Positions 1 to 9,597 of a DNA stretch of 64,000 bases are shown here, piece after piece. The notes beneath the pieces were generated by a model that had not been told where the DNA came from, did not search any database, and worked only from the letters and a program-made list of their open reading frames with translations. Each line of letters begins with the position of its first letter. Within the stretch, counting starts at the first letter, position 1. Origin of the DNA: Alphaproteobacteria bacterium (lineage in GTDB: Bacteria; Pseudomonadota; Alphaproteobacteria; CAAHEQ01; UBA3637); NCBI GenBank assembly GCA_045598925.1, contig JAZRVC010000027.1, forward strand, positions 847 through 64,846, in the 5' to 3' direction. Position numbers and translations under genes: made by a program.

Positions 1-1105
1 TACTCACCCCCGATGAAGCACTTTCATTCACAGCATAACCAAGCGCTTTTAAACCATCCGAATCCGAGGTATCCGCATCCATTTTAGACATTAATGTATG
101 ACCTTGTGCCAAACACCAGTTATGTGCACTCCACCAGTTCATCCCTTTATTAAGGTATTTTTTACCCACAAAGGCCGATGGTAAAGCGCGACCTGTTAAA
201 TCTTGAGCCGATAAAGTCTTATCCGCCTTAAACTCCCCTTCTATAATTGATTTACATTGACCTTGGGCAGGACCATATGAACACTCAAACTGATAACCAA
301 CATTAGAATATGCACTAAAATAACAAAATTCTCCGCTCTCGCATTCTGCATTCGTGGCACAACCCTTGGTACTGGCTTTAGTGGGTTCATAACATTGTCC
401 TGTGGAAAGACCATCTCCTGTACACGTAGAACCCGCAGCACAACAGACCCCTTTGCATGGGAGTTGTCCATTAGAAGAACATACATATATGCCATTGACA
501 CAAGTTGTTCCTTCGGGTTGAGTTCCCGTACAGGGTTTTCCCACAGGGCCAGGAGTCATCCCCGCCGTTAAATCTGTATTATAGGTAAAAGTGGTACATT
601 CTTCATTGATATACACATTCCCGTTGGTACTAATCGTTCCGTGAATTTGTTCGCACACATCCGAATCAATACCCGATACCGTTAAAGCAAAAGTATTGGT
701 GCCTGCCGTATAAGAAACCGTTGTATCAAAAGTTGCGCCTGCCACTTTATTACCTGTAAATTCCCCTAAATTCGGGGTGGCTTTATTGTTGCGTTGGATT
801 TGGGCCGAAACCGTCATCGCCCGCATGGATGCCCCGTTTAAAATTTCATTGGCGCGGTGTTTATTCATCGCCATTTTATAGCCCGCGATACCACCCACGG
901 ACAGCACCCCGATAATTGCCAAAACGCCCAGCATTCCAACCATAGAGCGACCCGTCTCCCCTGTCATTCTGAAGGCGTTAGCCGAAGGATCCATGGATCC
1001 TTCGCGTCCGCTCAGGATGACTGAGGGTGAGGTATGCCCGCTCAGGATGACGGGGGAAAGGTTTGATTGCCCTTGTTCTTGATTTAAATTTAATTTTTTA
1101 ATCAT
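1..1105 (-). CDS. Secreted cysteine-rich lectin-like protein with a type-IV-prepilin-like leader; the 3' end of the gene lies beyond the window edge
   Basis: I translated the minus strand by hand from the ATG at 1105..1103 (RBS GGAGA 7 nt upstream). It is open for all 368 codons to position 1. The N-terminus reads ...TGETG|RSMVGMLGVLAIIGVLSVGGIAGY, which resembles a prepilin leader plus hydrophobic helix and is very similar to the 63707 gene. This is followed by a Cys-rich region and a C-terminal ...MNWWSAHNWCLAQGHTLMS segment like the start of a C-type lectin domain. The track ORF 241..501(-) is a different frame. Confidence 0.7.
   Translation of the reverse strand, partial: MIKKLNLNQEQGQSNLSPVILSGHTSPSVILSGREGSMDPSANAFRMTGETGRSMVGMLGVLAIIGVLSVGGIAGYKMAMNKHRANEILNGASMRAMTVSAQIQRNNKATPNLGEFTGNKVAGATFDTTVSYTAGTNTFALTVSGIDSDVCEQIHGTISTNGNVYINEECTTFTYNTDLTAGMTPGPVGKPCTGTQPEGTTCVNGIYVCSSNGQLPCKGVCCAAGSTCTGDGLSTGQCYEPTKASTKGCATNAECESGEFCYFSAYSNVGYQFECSYGPAQGQCKSIIEGEFKADKTLSAQDLTGRALPSAFVGKKYLNKGMNWWSAHNWCLAQGHTLMSKMDADTSDSDGLKALGYAVNESASSGVS
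961..1056. mobile_element. RPE-like palindromic element (about 96 bp) inserted in frame in the leader of the 1..1105 gene
   Basis: There is a perfect 22-bp palindrome cgaaggatccatggatccttcg (983..1004). It is flanked by imperfect inverted arms (gtcattctgaaggcgttagccgaagg / ccttcgcgtccgctcaggatgac) and a direct repeat of cgctcaggatgac (1009..1021 and 1040..1052). The element encodes ...PVILSGHTSPSVILSGREGSMDPSANAFRM... without breaking the reading frame. Confidence 0.5.
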
Positions 1106-1439
1106 TTTTTTCTCCTAACATTCGTTATAAAGTTAATAAAAGACCCACCGAAAAGTGGGCGGATGTTAGAAAACCGTAGAATATAAACGGCTCAGCTTAT
1201 TCAGCAGTCGCCTTATTCAGCTGACATCCGCCCCAACGGACGAATGTCAACGTTATTTTAGGAGTCATTGAGAACTCCATATTCTGTGGGTTTTCTACGC
1301 CCATGCTTTCACCATTGAAAGCACCCCCAGTATAAAGAGAATTTCCCAAAAATGTCAAGTGAAAAATCTTTTTTCTTGCTTTTTGTTTTGAAAAGTGTAA
1401 AATAGCCCCTGTTCTATTTTTAAAAAGGAGAAAATAAAA

Positions 1440-1673
1440 ATGGCATCAGTAGTAAATGATTCTTGTGTAAAATGTAAAGCCTGTGTAGAAGTGTGCCCCG
1501 TTGGCGCTTTCCATGAAGGCGAAAAACAAATGGTTATTGACCCAAATGTTTGTATTGATTGCGGTATGTGCGTTGGCGAATGTCCCCAAGGGGCGATTAA
1601 AGGCGCCGATGAAGCCGATGAAAAATGGGCCAAATTTAATGCAGAAAATGCGGCCACTTGGCCTGCTGCTTAA
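1440..1673 (+). CDS. 4Fe-4S ferredoxin (FdxA-like)
   Basis: The 77-aa product has two Cys clusters, CVKCKACVEVCPV and CIDCGMCVGECP. A strong RBS (AAAAGGAG) is present and a hairpin terminator follows. Confidence 0.85.
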   Translation: MASVVNDSCVKCKACVEVCPVGAFHEGEKQMVIDPNVCIDCGMCVGECPQGAIKGADEADEKWAKFNAENAATWPAA

Positions 1674-1693
1674 GTTTTCATAACTTATTCATC

Positions 1694-1733
1694 AAAAGCC
1701 TATCGCTTGGATAGGCTTTCTTTTTCAAATAAA
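1694..1733 (+). terminator. Rho-independent terminator after the ferredoxin gene
   Basis: Hairpin aagcctatc-gcttg-gataggctt followed by a T-rich run (tctttttc). Confidence 0.6.
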
Positions 1734-1742
1734 GGTGCGACA

Positions 1743-2678
1743 ATGATTTTTAAGGCAAACAAACAGAATATCCAAAAGGCCGCCCGCTTGATTCAATCGG
1801 GTGAAGTCGTGGCTTTCCCCACCGAAACCGTCTATGGTTTGGGGGCCAGTGCCTATAATTCCAAGGCTATTGCCAAAATCTTTGCCATTAAAAATCGTCC
1901 CACTTTCAACCCGTTGATTTCCCATATTGCCGACATTGACTTTTTAAAAGAATATGCCGAAACCGATGAACGCGTGTTGGCATTGGCCAAAAAATTTTGG
2001 CCGGGGCCTATGACCTTTATTTTAAACAGAAAAGACAAAAATCCTGCTTTGGATTTGGCCTGTGCAGGTTTGGAAAAAATCAGTGTCCGTATGCCGAATC
2101 ATCCGGTTGCTTTAGACCTGATTAAAGCGGCGGGGCTGCCCATTGTCGCGCCTTCCGCCAACAAATCCCAGACCATTAGCCCCACGACAGCCCAACACGT
2201 TCAAAACAGTTTGGGCGATATCGTCCCGATGATTTTGGATGCGGGGCCTTGTGCCATTGGGGTAGAATCCACCATTTTGGATATGACACACCCCCAAATT
2301 GTCGTCTTGCGCGCGGGGGGATTGGCCGCCGAAAAAATAGAAGACTTCTTGGGCGAAAAGGTCTTGTTTTCTGACGGAAACCCAAATAAGCCCTCTTCCC
2401 CAGGGCAACTGCTGAAACACTATGCACCCAAATACACCACCCAAATCAATGTGGAACAACCCGAATCAGATGAATTTTTTATCGGCTTTGGGGCTTTGGA
2501 TGGGGATTTAAATTTAAGCCCCACAGGAAATTTAGAGGAAGCCGCCGCCAATCTCTTTTTAATGATGCATCAGGCCGAAGAACAATCCCAAAAAACAAAA
2601 ATCGCCATCGCCCCTATCCCGAATATCGGTTTGGGTCGGGCGATAAATGATAGAATTAAACGCGCTTCGTATAAGTAA
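1743..2678 (+). CDS. tsaC: L-threonylcarbamoyladenylate synthase (Sua5/TsaC, long form)
   Basis: The product has a YrdC-type core (VVAFPTETVYGLGA) plus a C-terminal Sua5 domain. The start is set at the ATG at 1743 (RBS AGGTG) rather than the track start 1707, which lies inside the upstream terminator. Confidence 0.85.
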   Translation: MIFKANKQNIQKAARLIQSGEVVAFPTETVYGLGASAYNSKAIAKIFAIKNRPTFNPLISHIADIDFLKEYAETDERVLALAKKFWPGPMTFILNRKDKNPALDLACAGLEKISVRMPNHPVALDLIKAAGLPIVAPSANKSQTISPTTAQHVQNSLGDIVPMILDAGPCAIGVESTILDMTHPQIVVLRAGGLAAEKIEDFLGEKVLFSDGNPNKPSSPGQLLKHYAPKYTTQINVEQPESDEFFIGFGALDGDLNLSPTGNLEEAAANLFLMMHQAEEQSQKTKIAIAPIPNIGLGRAINDRIKRASYK

Positions 2679-2690
2679 AAGACCTTTTTA

Positions 2691-2720
2691 CTTGACTTTT
2701 GTCAATTTTTGTTATATTAT
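2691..2720 (+). promoter_or_regulatory. Sigma70-like promoter with palindromic operator (copy 1)
   Basis: CTTGACTTTTGTCAATTTTT: -35 TTGACT at 2692..2697, 17-nt spacer, -10 TATTAT at 2715..2720. The -35 is part of the perfect inverted repeat TTGAC-tttt-GTCAA (2692..2705). Confidence 0.55.
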
Positions 2721-2750
2721 AGACAAAGCAATTTAAAAAGGAGGTCTTAT

Positions 2751-3134
2751 ATGGATAAATCCAGTTTTATTTGGGGCGCCGTCGTTGGGGGGCTTGCTTT
2801 ATGGTATTTTATTTCAAAAGATAAAACCAACGAAAAAACAAACGTGGAAATTCTTCCCGTTAAAACAGTTCATGTTCATTCAGAACCTGAATACGTTTCA
2901 CGCAAGACTTATACAGTGCCACAAAACATCACTTATGCCCCCAGACCGGTGGTGCAACAACCTGTGATTTTTAATACCTATACACCTGCCCCTGTTATTG
3001 TGCCCCCTTGTGTGCCAGCGCCTTACTATTATGGGCCCAGACATTTTTACAGACATCATTACTATCATCACTGTCGCCCGCATTTCAGACGTTGCCCCCC
3101 CTATCATTTCCGTCATTACAGACATTGTTGGTAA
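2751..3134 (+). CDS. Small membrane-anchored protein with a Pro/Tyr/His/Arg-rich C-terminus
   Basis: RBS GGAGG at 2740..2744 with ATG at 2751. There is an N-terminal TM segment (FIWGAVVGGLALWYFI). The C-terminus is low-complexity (...PYYYGPRHFYRHHYYHHCRPHFRRCPPYHFRHYRHCW). Confidence 0.6.
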   Translation: MDKSSFIWGAVVGGLALWYFISKDKTNEKTNVEILPVKTVHVHSEPEYVSRKTYTVPQNITYAPRPVVQQPVIFNTYTPAPVIVPPCVPAPYYYGPRHFYRHHYYHHCRPHFRRCPPYHFRHYRHCW

Positions 3135-3151
3135 AAAAATTTAAAATACAA

Positions 3152-3181
3152 CTTGACTTTTGTCAATTTTTATGATATACT
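3152..3181 (+). promoter_or_regulatory. Sigma70-like promoter with palindromic operator (copy 2)
   Basis: The same 20-mer CTTGACTTTTGTCAATTTTT occurs here: -35 TTGACT at 3153..3158, 17-nt spacer, -10 TATACT at 3176..3181. Confidence 0.55.
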
Positions 3182-3214
3182 TGACGACATCATCTAAAAA
3201 AGGAGGATGAATAA

Positions 3215-4027
3215 ATGAAAAAAACAAACAAACTTTCTGAAACAAGCAAAAAAGCAATTCGTTATATTGCCTTTGCGACAGGTTTAATGGTTGCGGCTTT
3301 ACCCGGTAAATCCAAGGCCGATTTATTGAACTTTAACGCAGATGTAAACGTTTTAGGTTTAGCAGGCGTCAGTACCGGTGTCAATGTCGGACACGCTATC
3401 AATGCCTATGCCGGTGCCAATGCTTTGGGTATCGGTGGTTCAACAGGCGTCAGCGTTGGTAATGGCAGTTTAGTGGATGTCAATGCCGACGCGAATGTTG
3501 GTCCTTTGGCGGGTGCAAATGCCGGACTCAGTGTTGGCAACGGCGTCAATGCCTATGTAGGCGGTAATGTTATAGGTGTTGCCGGTTCAACAGGCATCAG
3601 CGTTGCTTCCTCAGGTTCAACAGCCGCTTATGCTTACCCAACCACTACAGGTTATTACACAACGATGCCCACACGTCCTGTCAGTTATGCCAGTATGGCC
3701 GTGACACAACCCCGTGTTCAATATGTGCAACCGGCTGTGCGTTATGTGCGTGTGGCGGGGGCGCAACCCGTTCGTTATGTCAGCGCCTCTTCTTACAGAC
3801 CAGCCCCTGTGGCCTATCAAACAGCCCAGGCTCCTGTGACGTCTCAAGGTGGACAACGCGTTGAAGTGCAAACTTATGACAGTTATGCTCATGAAAGCGA
3901 AGATTCTCAACTGACACAAACCGTTCAAAAACGTTATGTGGAAGATCCGGAAAACGGCTATCGTGAACAAGAAGTTCATGCACGTAAAGTGATTATTAAA
4001 CGTCGTGTGTATTACACATATGAATAA
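3215..4027 (+). CDS. Secreted repeat protein with Gly/Ala/Asn-rich and R(Y)V-rich repeats
   Basis: RBS AGGAGG is present. A signal peptide is followed by GVSTGVNVG/GSTGVSVGNG-type repeats and then PVRYV/RVQYVQP repeats. Confidence 0.65.
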   Translation: MKKTNKLSETSKKAIRYIAFATGLMVAALPGKSKADLLNFNADVNVLGLAGVSTGVNVGHAINAYAGANALGIGGSTGVSVGNGSLVDVNADANVGPLAGANAGLSVGNGVNAYVGGNVIGVAGSTGISVASSGSTAAYAYPTTTGYYTTMPTRPVSYASMAVTQPRVQYVQPAVRYVRVAGAQPVRYVSASSYRPAPVAYQTAQAPVTSQGGQRVEVQTYDSYAHESEDSQLTQTVQKRYVEDPENGYREQEVHARKVIIKRRVYYTYE

Positions 4028-4039
4028 GTTTTAAAAACA

Positions 4040-4072
4040 AAAGAAAAGGCCCCTGATTTTAAGGGGTCTTTT
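4040..4072. terminator. Bidirectional rho-independent terminator between convergent genes
   Basis: Hairpin ggcccct-gatttta-aggggtc flanked by T-runs, between the 3215..4027(+) gene and mutL(-). Confidence 0.5.
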
Positions 4073-4073
4073 T

Positions 4074-5831
4074 TTATTTGCGACCGAAAAGTTTTTCTAT
4101 ATCGTCTAGTTTTAAAGTAATATAAGTCGGGCGACCATGAATACATTGACCCGAGGTACCACATTCTTCCATCTGACGCAACAGGGCATTCATTTCATCA
4201 ACCGATAACTCTCGCCCTGCCCTGACCGAACCATGACACGCCATACGGGCACAGATATCTTTCATTTTATCCTTTAACAAAACGGTGTCGTCAAATTCTT
4301 TTAAAGTATCCACCAAATCATGAATAATTTTGGTTAAATCGGTTTTATCCAGCACGGCGGGGATTTCCCGAACCGCAACCGAATCCGTTCCAAAAGGGTC
4401 TATCTGCCACCCCATTTGTTTTAATTCTTCCGCTTTAGAGGTCAATAAAAACACTTCATCCGATTTTAAATCCACAATTTCAGGCACCAGCAACAATTGA
4501 GTTTGTGGATGCTCCCCAAAATTCTTCATCATTTTTTCATAGGTCAAACGTTCATGGGCCGCGTGCTGATCCACAATTAAAACAGCATCCTTGGTTTGGC
4601 TGATAATATAGGTTTTATATAGTTGTGCTTTGGCCAATCCCATCGGGGGAAAATCGGCGGGTTGGACAGGAACGGTTTTCTGTGCAACAGGGGTTGTTTT
4701 TACACTATAACTATCGGACAATTGAAAAGATCTTTGTTCTTGGATAGGTGTATAAGACGGACGAGAAAAATGGGGTGTTTTTTCACTCAAGGAGACAGGG
4801 GTACTCTCTAAAGCACCGATTTTAATCGTGGTGGCTGTTTGATGACCGTGTTCGGCCAACACAGACCGAATCGCCGATACCATTATACCACGAATCCGCC
4901 CAGAATCTGCAAAACGCACTTCTGTTTTCGCGGGCGACACATTCACATCCACTTGATGATTCGGCACACTTAAAAACAATGCCAAGACGGGATAGCCATC
5001 ACTGCCGTGTCCCATCAGACCTTGATAAGCCCCACGAATAGCCCCCAATAAGACCTTATCTTTCACACTGCGCCCGTTCACAAACAGGTATTGATCGGTG
5101 GATGTCGCCCGTGTATAAGTGGGCAAACCCACAAACCCCGATAATTTTATCCCTTCATATTGCGTTTGAATGGGCTAAGCGTTTTCCTGAAATTGATGAC
5201 CGATTACCATAGAAACCCTGTCTATCAAACGATTCGTTATAGGATAGGATAAAAGTTTTTTATGCTCATTTGAAAGCGAAAAGGAAATATCGGGATGACT
5301 CATCGCCAATTTATCCACAATTTCCCTGAGGGCCATTTGCTCACTTTGATCAGATTTTAAAAACTTTAAACGCGCAGGGGTGTTATAAAATAACTCTTTG
5401 ACTTCTACGGTCGTTCCGAAAGGTGCGGAAGCGGGCTGAACGGGACGTTTTTGACCTCCGTCCACACAAATACACCAACCTGAATCTGAATCCTTTTGAC
5501 GTGTGGTAATCGTCATTTTTGAAACAGATGCAATAGACGGCAAGGCTTCCCCGCGAAAACCCAAAAAATTGATATCCAATAAATCATCAGAAGGCAACTT
5601 ACTGGTCGCATGACGTTCCACCGCCAAATTGAGTTCTTCAGGATTCATCCCTTTGCCATTATCCGAAACAGAAAAATAGGCTTTACCGCCTTGTTCCACT
5701 TTAATATCAATACGGGTAGCGCCCGCATCAATGGCGTTTTCAATCAATTCTTTGATGGCACTGGCGGGTCTTTCAACAACCTCGCCCGCCGCAATCTGAT
5801 CAATTAAAATTTGGGGTAAAACACGCAACAT
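4074..5831 (-). pseudogene. mutL: DNA mismatch repair protein MutL interrupted by an in-frame TAG stop
   Basis: The N-terminal ATPase ORF (5175..5831; ...ELIENAIDAGAT...) and the C-terminal ORF (4074..5132) are in the same reading frame. Reading through the TAG at 5175..5177 gives ...VIGHQFQENA*PIQTQYEGIKLSGFVGLPTYTRATSTDQYLFVNGRSV..., which aligns colinearly with the MutL transducer region. Confidence 0.75.
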
Positions 5832-5933
5832 TTGGACACCTTTCTGTTGCTTTAGATTCTACAAAATTTTTATTTAAGAAGCAAGAAAAAATCCCCACTA
5901 AAAAATGGGGATTTAATTTTAACGCTTTAAAAA

Positions 5934-6374
5934 TTAGCCACGTCCTTTACTTAATATTTTATCTATTTGATACAAATCATATCCTTGGCGGACTAATTGA
6001 CGCACTAACCGCACCCTTTCCATACAGGGAAGTTTCAACGCAGTTCTTTTTCTACAACTTTCTGGAGCTTTATGAAATTCTTCCAAAATTACCATTTTTT
6101 CTTTTTTTGTCTTAGCATTTTTTACTGCTTTTACAACCTCATGTCTAGCAAAAGCATCTCTCATTTTCTCCACATCAAATACAATGTTGGACGACCGTTT
6201 ACTATACTCCCTTTTTCTTTTTTCATAGCCACTTTTATCTTTGACACTCCAAGGGAATCCTTGAGAAGTGTTATTTAAGTGAAAATCTACATCTGGCTCA
6301 GAATATCCGAGTTTATTTTCCCCCGAATCAAAAACGGCACCAAAACCGACCAAATGCCCATTAACTGATCTCAT
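5934..6374 (-). CDS. Hypothetical basic protein (146 aa) inserted between uvrB and mutL
   Basis: Complete ORF with an RBS (AAGGA), followed by a hairpin terminator (aaatcccca-ctaaaaaa-tggggattt at about 5885..5915). It is markedly more AT-rich than its neighbours. I could not assign a family. Confidence 0.5.
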   Translation of the reverse strand: MRSVNGHLVGFGAVFDSGENKLGYSEPDVDFHLNNTSQGFPWSVKDKSGYEKRKREYSKRSSNIVFDVEKMRDAFARHEVVKAVKNAKTKKEKMVILEEFHKAPESCRKRTALKLPCMERVRLVRQLVRQGYDLYQIDKILSKGRG

Positions 6375-6469
6375 ATTTATATCCTTTGTTTGTTACAATA
6401 TATTCCATCCACAGGTATATGATACCATAGATTTGTATTTTGTCAACTTATTTTATAAAAAGACAACTT

Positions 6470-8473
6470 TTAATCCCATTCAGCAAGTTCTAAGTCTTGG
6501 AGTTTTTTAATTCTATCGCGAATTTCGGCGGCTTTTTCAAATTCCAAATTTTCGGCCGCTTGAATCATTTTCTTTTTCAATTCTTCAATAGATTCGGGAA
6601 CTTGATCTATTTGTTTAACCGTTGTCCCAGTTAAATCATTAAAGTCTTTAATCAGGTCTGGAATCGCCTTTTGAATGCCTTTTGGGGTAATATGGTTTTC
6701 CAAATTAAAGGCAATTTGCTTTTCACGGCGGCGCGCTGTTTCTGTCAGGGCATAGTTTAATGAGTTTGTCATTTTATCCGCATACAAAATCACACGACCT
6801 TCGGCATTTCTGGCCGCCCGTCCTATTGTTTGAATCAAAGAGGTGGCTGAACGCAAAAAGCCTTCTTTATCGGCGTCCAGTATCGCCACCAAGGATACTT
6901 CAGGAATATCCAATCCTTCCCTGAGCAAGTTGATACCCACCAACACATCAAAGGTTCCCAAGCGTAAATCCCGAATAATTTGAATCCGTTCCAGTGTGTC
7001 AATATCCGAGTGCATATACTTCGCCCTCACCCCGTTTTCATTTAAGTAATCCGTTAAATCTTCCGCCATTTTTTTGGTAAGGGTTGTGACCAAAGTGCGC
7101 TGACCTTTTGCGGCTTGCAGTTGGCATTCGGCGATGAGATCTTCCACTTGGGTTGCCACAGGACGCACCACACATTCGGGGTCTAACAAACCAGTCGGAC
7201 GAATAATTTGCTCACTAAACACCCCCTTTGTTTGTTCCAATTCCCAAGGTCCGGGGGTAGCCGACACAAAAATAGTATCGGGGCGCATTTCGTCCCATTC
7301 TTCAAACTTTAAAGGCCGATTATCCAAGCAACTGGGCAAACGGAATCCATATTCGGCCAAAGTAGATTTTCTGGATCTATCCCCTTTATACATGGCCCCG
7401 ATTTGTGGCACAGTCACGTGGCTTTCATCAATAAAGACCAGCGCATCTTTGGGCAGGTATTCAAACAAAGTCGGGGGGGCTTCCCCTGCTTTTCGTCCTG
7501 TCAAATGACGCGAATAGTTTTCAATCCCTTTGCAAGAACCCGTGGCTTCCATCATTTCCAAATCATAGCGCGTGCGTTGTTCAATGCGTTCGGCTTCCAA
7601 AGGTTGATTGTGTTCCCGATAATAGGCCAATCTGTCTTTCAATTCCGCACGAATTGTTTTAATCGCTTGCGACAATGCGGGACGCGGGGTTACATAGTGG
7701 CTGGCCGGGAAAACGGTGATTTCGGGCAAAGCCATTTTCTTTTTTCCCGTTAAAGGGTCAAATTCTGAAATATCCTCTATCTCATCCCCAAAAAAGGACA
7801 CACGCCATGCCAAATCTTCATAGTGGCTGGGAAATATATCCAACACATCCCCGTTTAAACGAAAACATCCCCGCTGAAAATCAATATCATTTCTTTTGTA
7901 TTGCAATTCGGTCAGGCGATGGGTTAAATCAGCAATATCCACTGAATCGCCTTTTTTAAGGGAAAAGGCCATAGATGAATAACTTTCCGCATCCCCAATA
8001 CCATAAATACAAGACACAGAAGATACCACAATGACATCTCGGCGTTCCAATAAATGACGGGTTGCACTATGGCGCAGGCGGTCAATTTGTTCATTGATAG
8101 CCGAATCTTTTTCAATATAAGTATCTGTCTTGGGAATATAGGCTTCGGGTTGATAGTAATCATAATAAGATACAAAGTATTCCACCGCATTTTCGGGAAA
8201 AAAAGATTTCATTTCGGCATACAGTTGCGCCGCCAAGGTCTTATTGTGGGCTAAAATAAGTGTCGGACGCTTGACCTGTTGAATCACTTGCGCCATTGTA
8301 AAGGTCTTGCCCGAGCCTGTAATACCCAACAGGACTTGATTATGTTGATGGTCTTTCAGGCCTTGAACTAAAGACGCTATCGCTTGCGGTTGGTCCCCAG
8401 CGGGCGCAAAAGAGGACGCCAGTTTAAACTCTGCGTCCCCCTGTAAATTCGGCCGAGTATAAAGCGGAATCAT
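6470..8473 (-). CDS. uvrB: Excinuclease ABC subunit B (UvrB)
   Basis: The product has a Walker A motif ([10 protein letters not shown]), helicase motifs and a C-terminal UVR domain. It is 667 aa. Confidence 0.95.
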   Translation of the reverse strand: MIPLYTRPNLQGDAEFKLASSFAPAGDQPQAIASLVQGLKDHQHNQVLLGITGSGKTFTMAQVIQQVKRPTLILAHNKTLAAQLYAEMKSFFPENAVEYFVSYYDYYQPEAYIPKTDTYIEKDSAINEQIDRLRHSATRHLLERRDVIVVSSVSCIYGIGDAESYSSMAFSLKKGDSVDIADLTHRLTELQYKRNDIDFQRGCFRLNGDVLDIFPSHYEDLAWRVSFFGDEIEDISEFDPLTGKKKMALPEITVFPASHYVTPRPALSQAIKTIRAELKDRLAYYREHNQPLEAERIEQRTRYDLEMMEATGSCKGIENYSRHLTGRKAGEAPPTLFEYLPKDALVFIDESHVTVPQIGAMYKGDRSRKSTLAEYGFRLPSCLDNRPLKFEEWDEMRPDTIFVSATPGPWELEQTKGVFSEQIIRPTGLLDPECVVRPVATQVEDLIAECQLQAAKGQRTLVTTLTKKMAEDLTDYLNENGVRAKYMHSDIDTLERIQIIRDLRLGTFDVLVGINLLREGLDIPEVSLVAILDADKEGFLRSATSLIQTIGRAARNAEGRVILYADKMTNSLNYALTETARRREKQIAFNLENHITPKGIQKAIPDLIKDFNDLTGTTVKQIDQVPESIEELKKKMIQAAENLEFEKAAEIRDRIKKLQDLELAEWD

Positions 8474-9585
8474 TTTTTCTTTTTTCCTTTACTCTTTTGT
8501 TTTTTCTTTACCGGAGCCTTTTTCTTTTGGGGTGCTTTTTTAATTTTTTCAACCCCCGTTTGGGCCATTGTTGCTTTGCTTTGGGTATAAACATCTTTTA
8601 TACCTTGTTTTAAATCAGCAAAAATTTCCCTATATCCCGGAATCGGTTTGGAAATATGTGAAAGTTGCAGATAAATATAATACAAAACTAAAGCCGTTGA
8701 ACACACCAAAAATGATCCCGCCCCATTTTTAAAGACCACCACAAAAACGGACAACAGTGCAATCAATAAAACATCCCAAAACAACACTTTGATTGTTTTG
8801 GCGCCCCGTTCTTTATTATTTAAAGATTGAATAAATAAAGGCATTTGCGCTTTTCCATGAAAGGCCGCCCACATCATAATAAGAATTTCAAATAAATAAT
8901 AAGAATATGCACAAATCGCCGTAGAGATATATCCTTTTAAGAAGAAATATCCCCAGAAACCGGCGCACATATACCCCACAAAAGCCGAAGTGGAAACACC
9001 TAAATTCACACAAGAATACTTTAACCGTCTTTTAAAAATAGCAAACACTATCAAACCGACAAAACCGGCCAAAACCATCAACACTTTTGGCAGAACCACA
9101 ATCTGTCCCACAATCAAAAAACTCAACATCCAAAGCACGGTCATCAATAAAGAGATAAATGGAAATTGATCAAAAGACCGAAACACACGCCAAGCGAACA
9201 ACCAAAAGAATGAGGTCAATACAACCATCATCATAGAGTTGCCATTACTCAACACATACGCCCCCGCCAGACACAAAAAATATTCAAACAGATTTTGTGC
9301 GATTTTAGACAGCGGATGACTGACTAAATAAAAAACCGCCAACAACAAACTTAAAAGGGCTAAAAAGAAATAATAGGGAACCAAATCGGGTATCAAAAAT
9401 GCCACCCCCGTCATCCCCAATAAAAGCCAAAAATACATAAAAGCCGAAGAATAAATATCCAAATGATACGTATTGATTCCTTTTTTTTGATTTAAATAGC
9501 ATTTTTCAAAAAAAGGAAATGTTAAAAGAGCACCCAAAAAAACAAACAAATAGAGTAATAATAACATCTGTATCTCCCCCCCCAC
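8470..9585 (-). CDS. Polytopic inner-membrane protein with a poly-lysine C-terminal tail
   Basis: About 10 predicted TM helices. The C-terminus is ...[23 protein letters not shown]. Its stop codon overlaps the uvrB start (ATGA). It lies next to a GT1/GT2 pair and may be a Wzy/ligase-like protein, but this is unproven. Confidence 0.6.
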   Translation of the reverse strand: MGGEIQMLLLLYLFVFLGALLTFPFFEKCYLNQKKGINTYHLDIYSSAFMYFWLLLGMTGVAFLIPDLVPYYFFLALLSLLLAVFYLVSHPLSKIAQNLFEYFLCLAGAYVLSNGNSMMMVVLTSFFWLFAWRVFRSFDQFPFISLLMTVLWMLSFLIVGQIVVLPKVLMVLAGFVGLIVFAIFKRRLKYSCVNLGVSTSAFVGYMCAGFWGYFFLKGYISTAICAYSYYLFEILIMMWAAFHGKAQMPLFIQSLNNKERGAKTIKVLFWDVLLIALLSVFVVVFKNGAGSFLVCSTALVLYYIYLQLSHISKPIPGYREIFADLKQGIKDVYTQSKATMAQTGVEKIKKAPQKKKAPVKKKQKSKGKKKK

Positions 9586-9597
9586 TTTTTTTATTGA

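Noticed and set aside
241-501. Track ORF (86 aa, minus strand) inside the first gene
   Set aside because: It is in a different frame from the continuous 368-codon ORF I translated from 1105 to 1. The sequence is low-complexity and it is an overlapping alternate-frame artefact.
1355-1657. 100-aa minus-strand ORF antisense to the ferredoxin gene
   Set aside because: It fully overlaps a well-supported ferredoxin CDS with an RBS and terminator. It has no RBS of its own.
5934-6374. Calling the orphan ORF a LAGLIDADG homing endonuclease
   Set aside because: The only support is a loose LxGFxxxxDxG resemblance. There is no second motif and no other conserved features. The evidence is insufficient.
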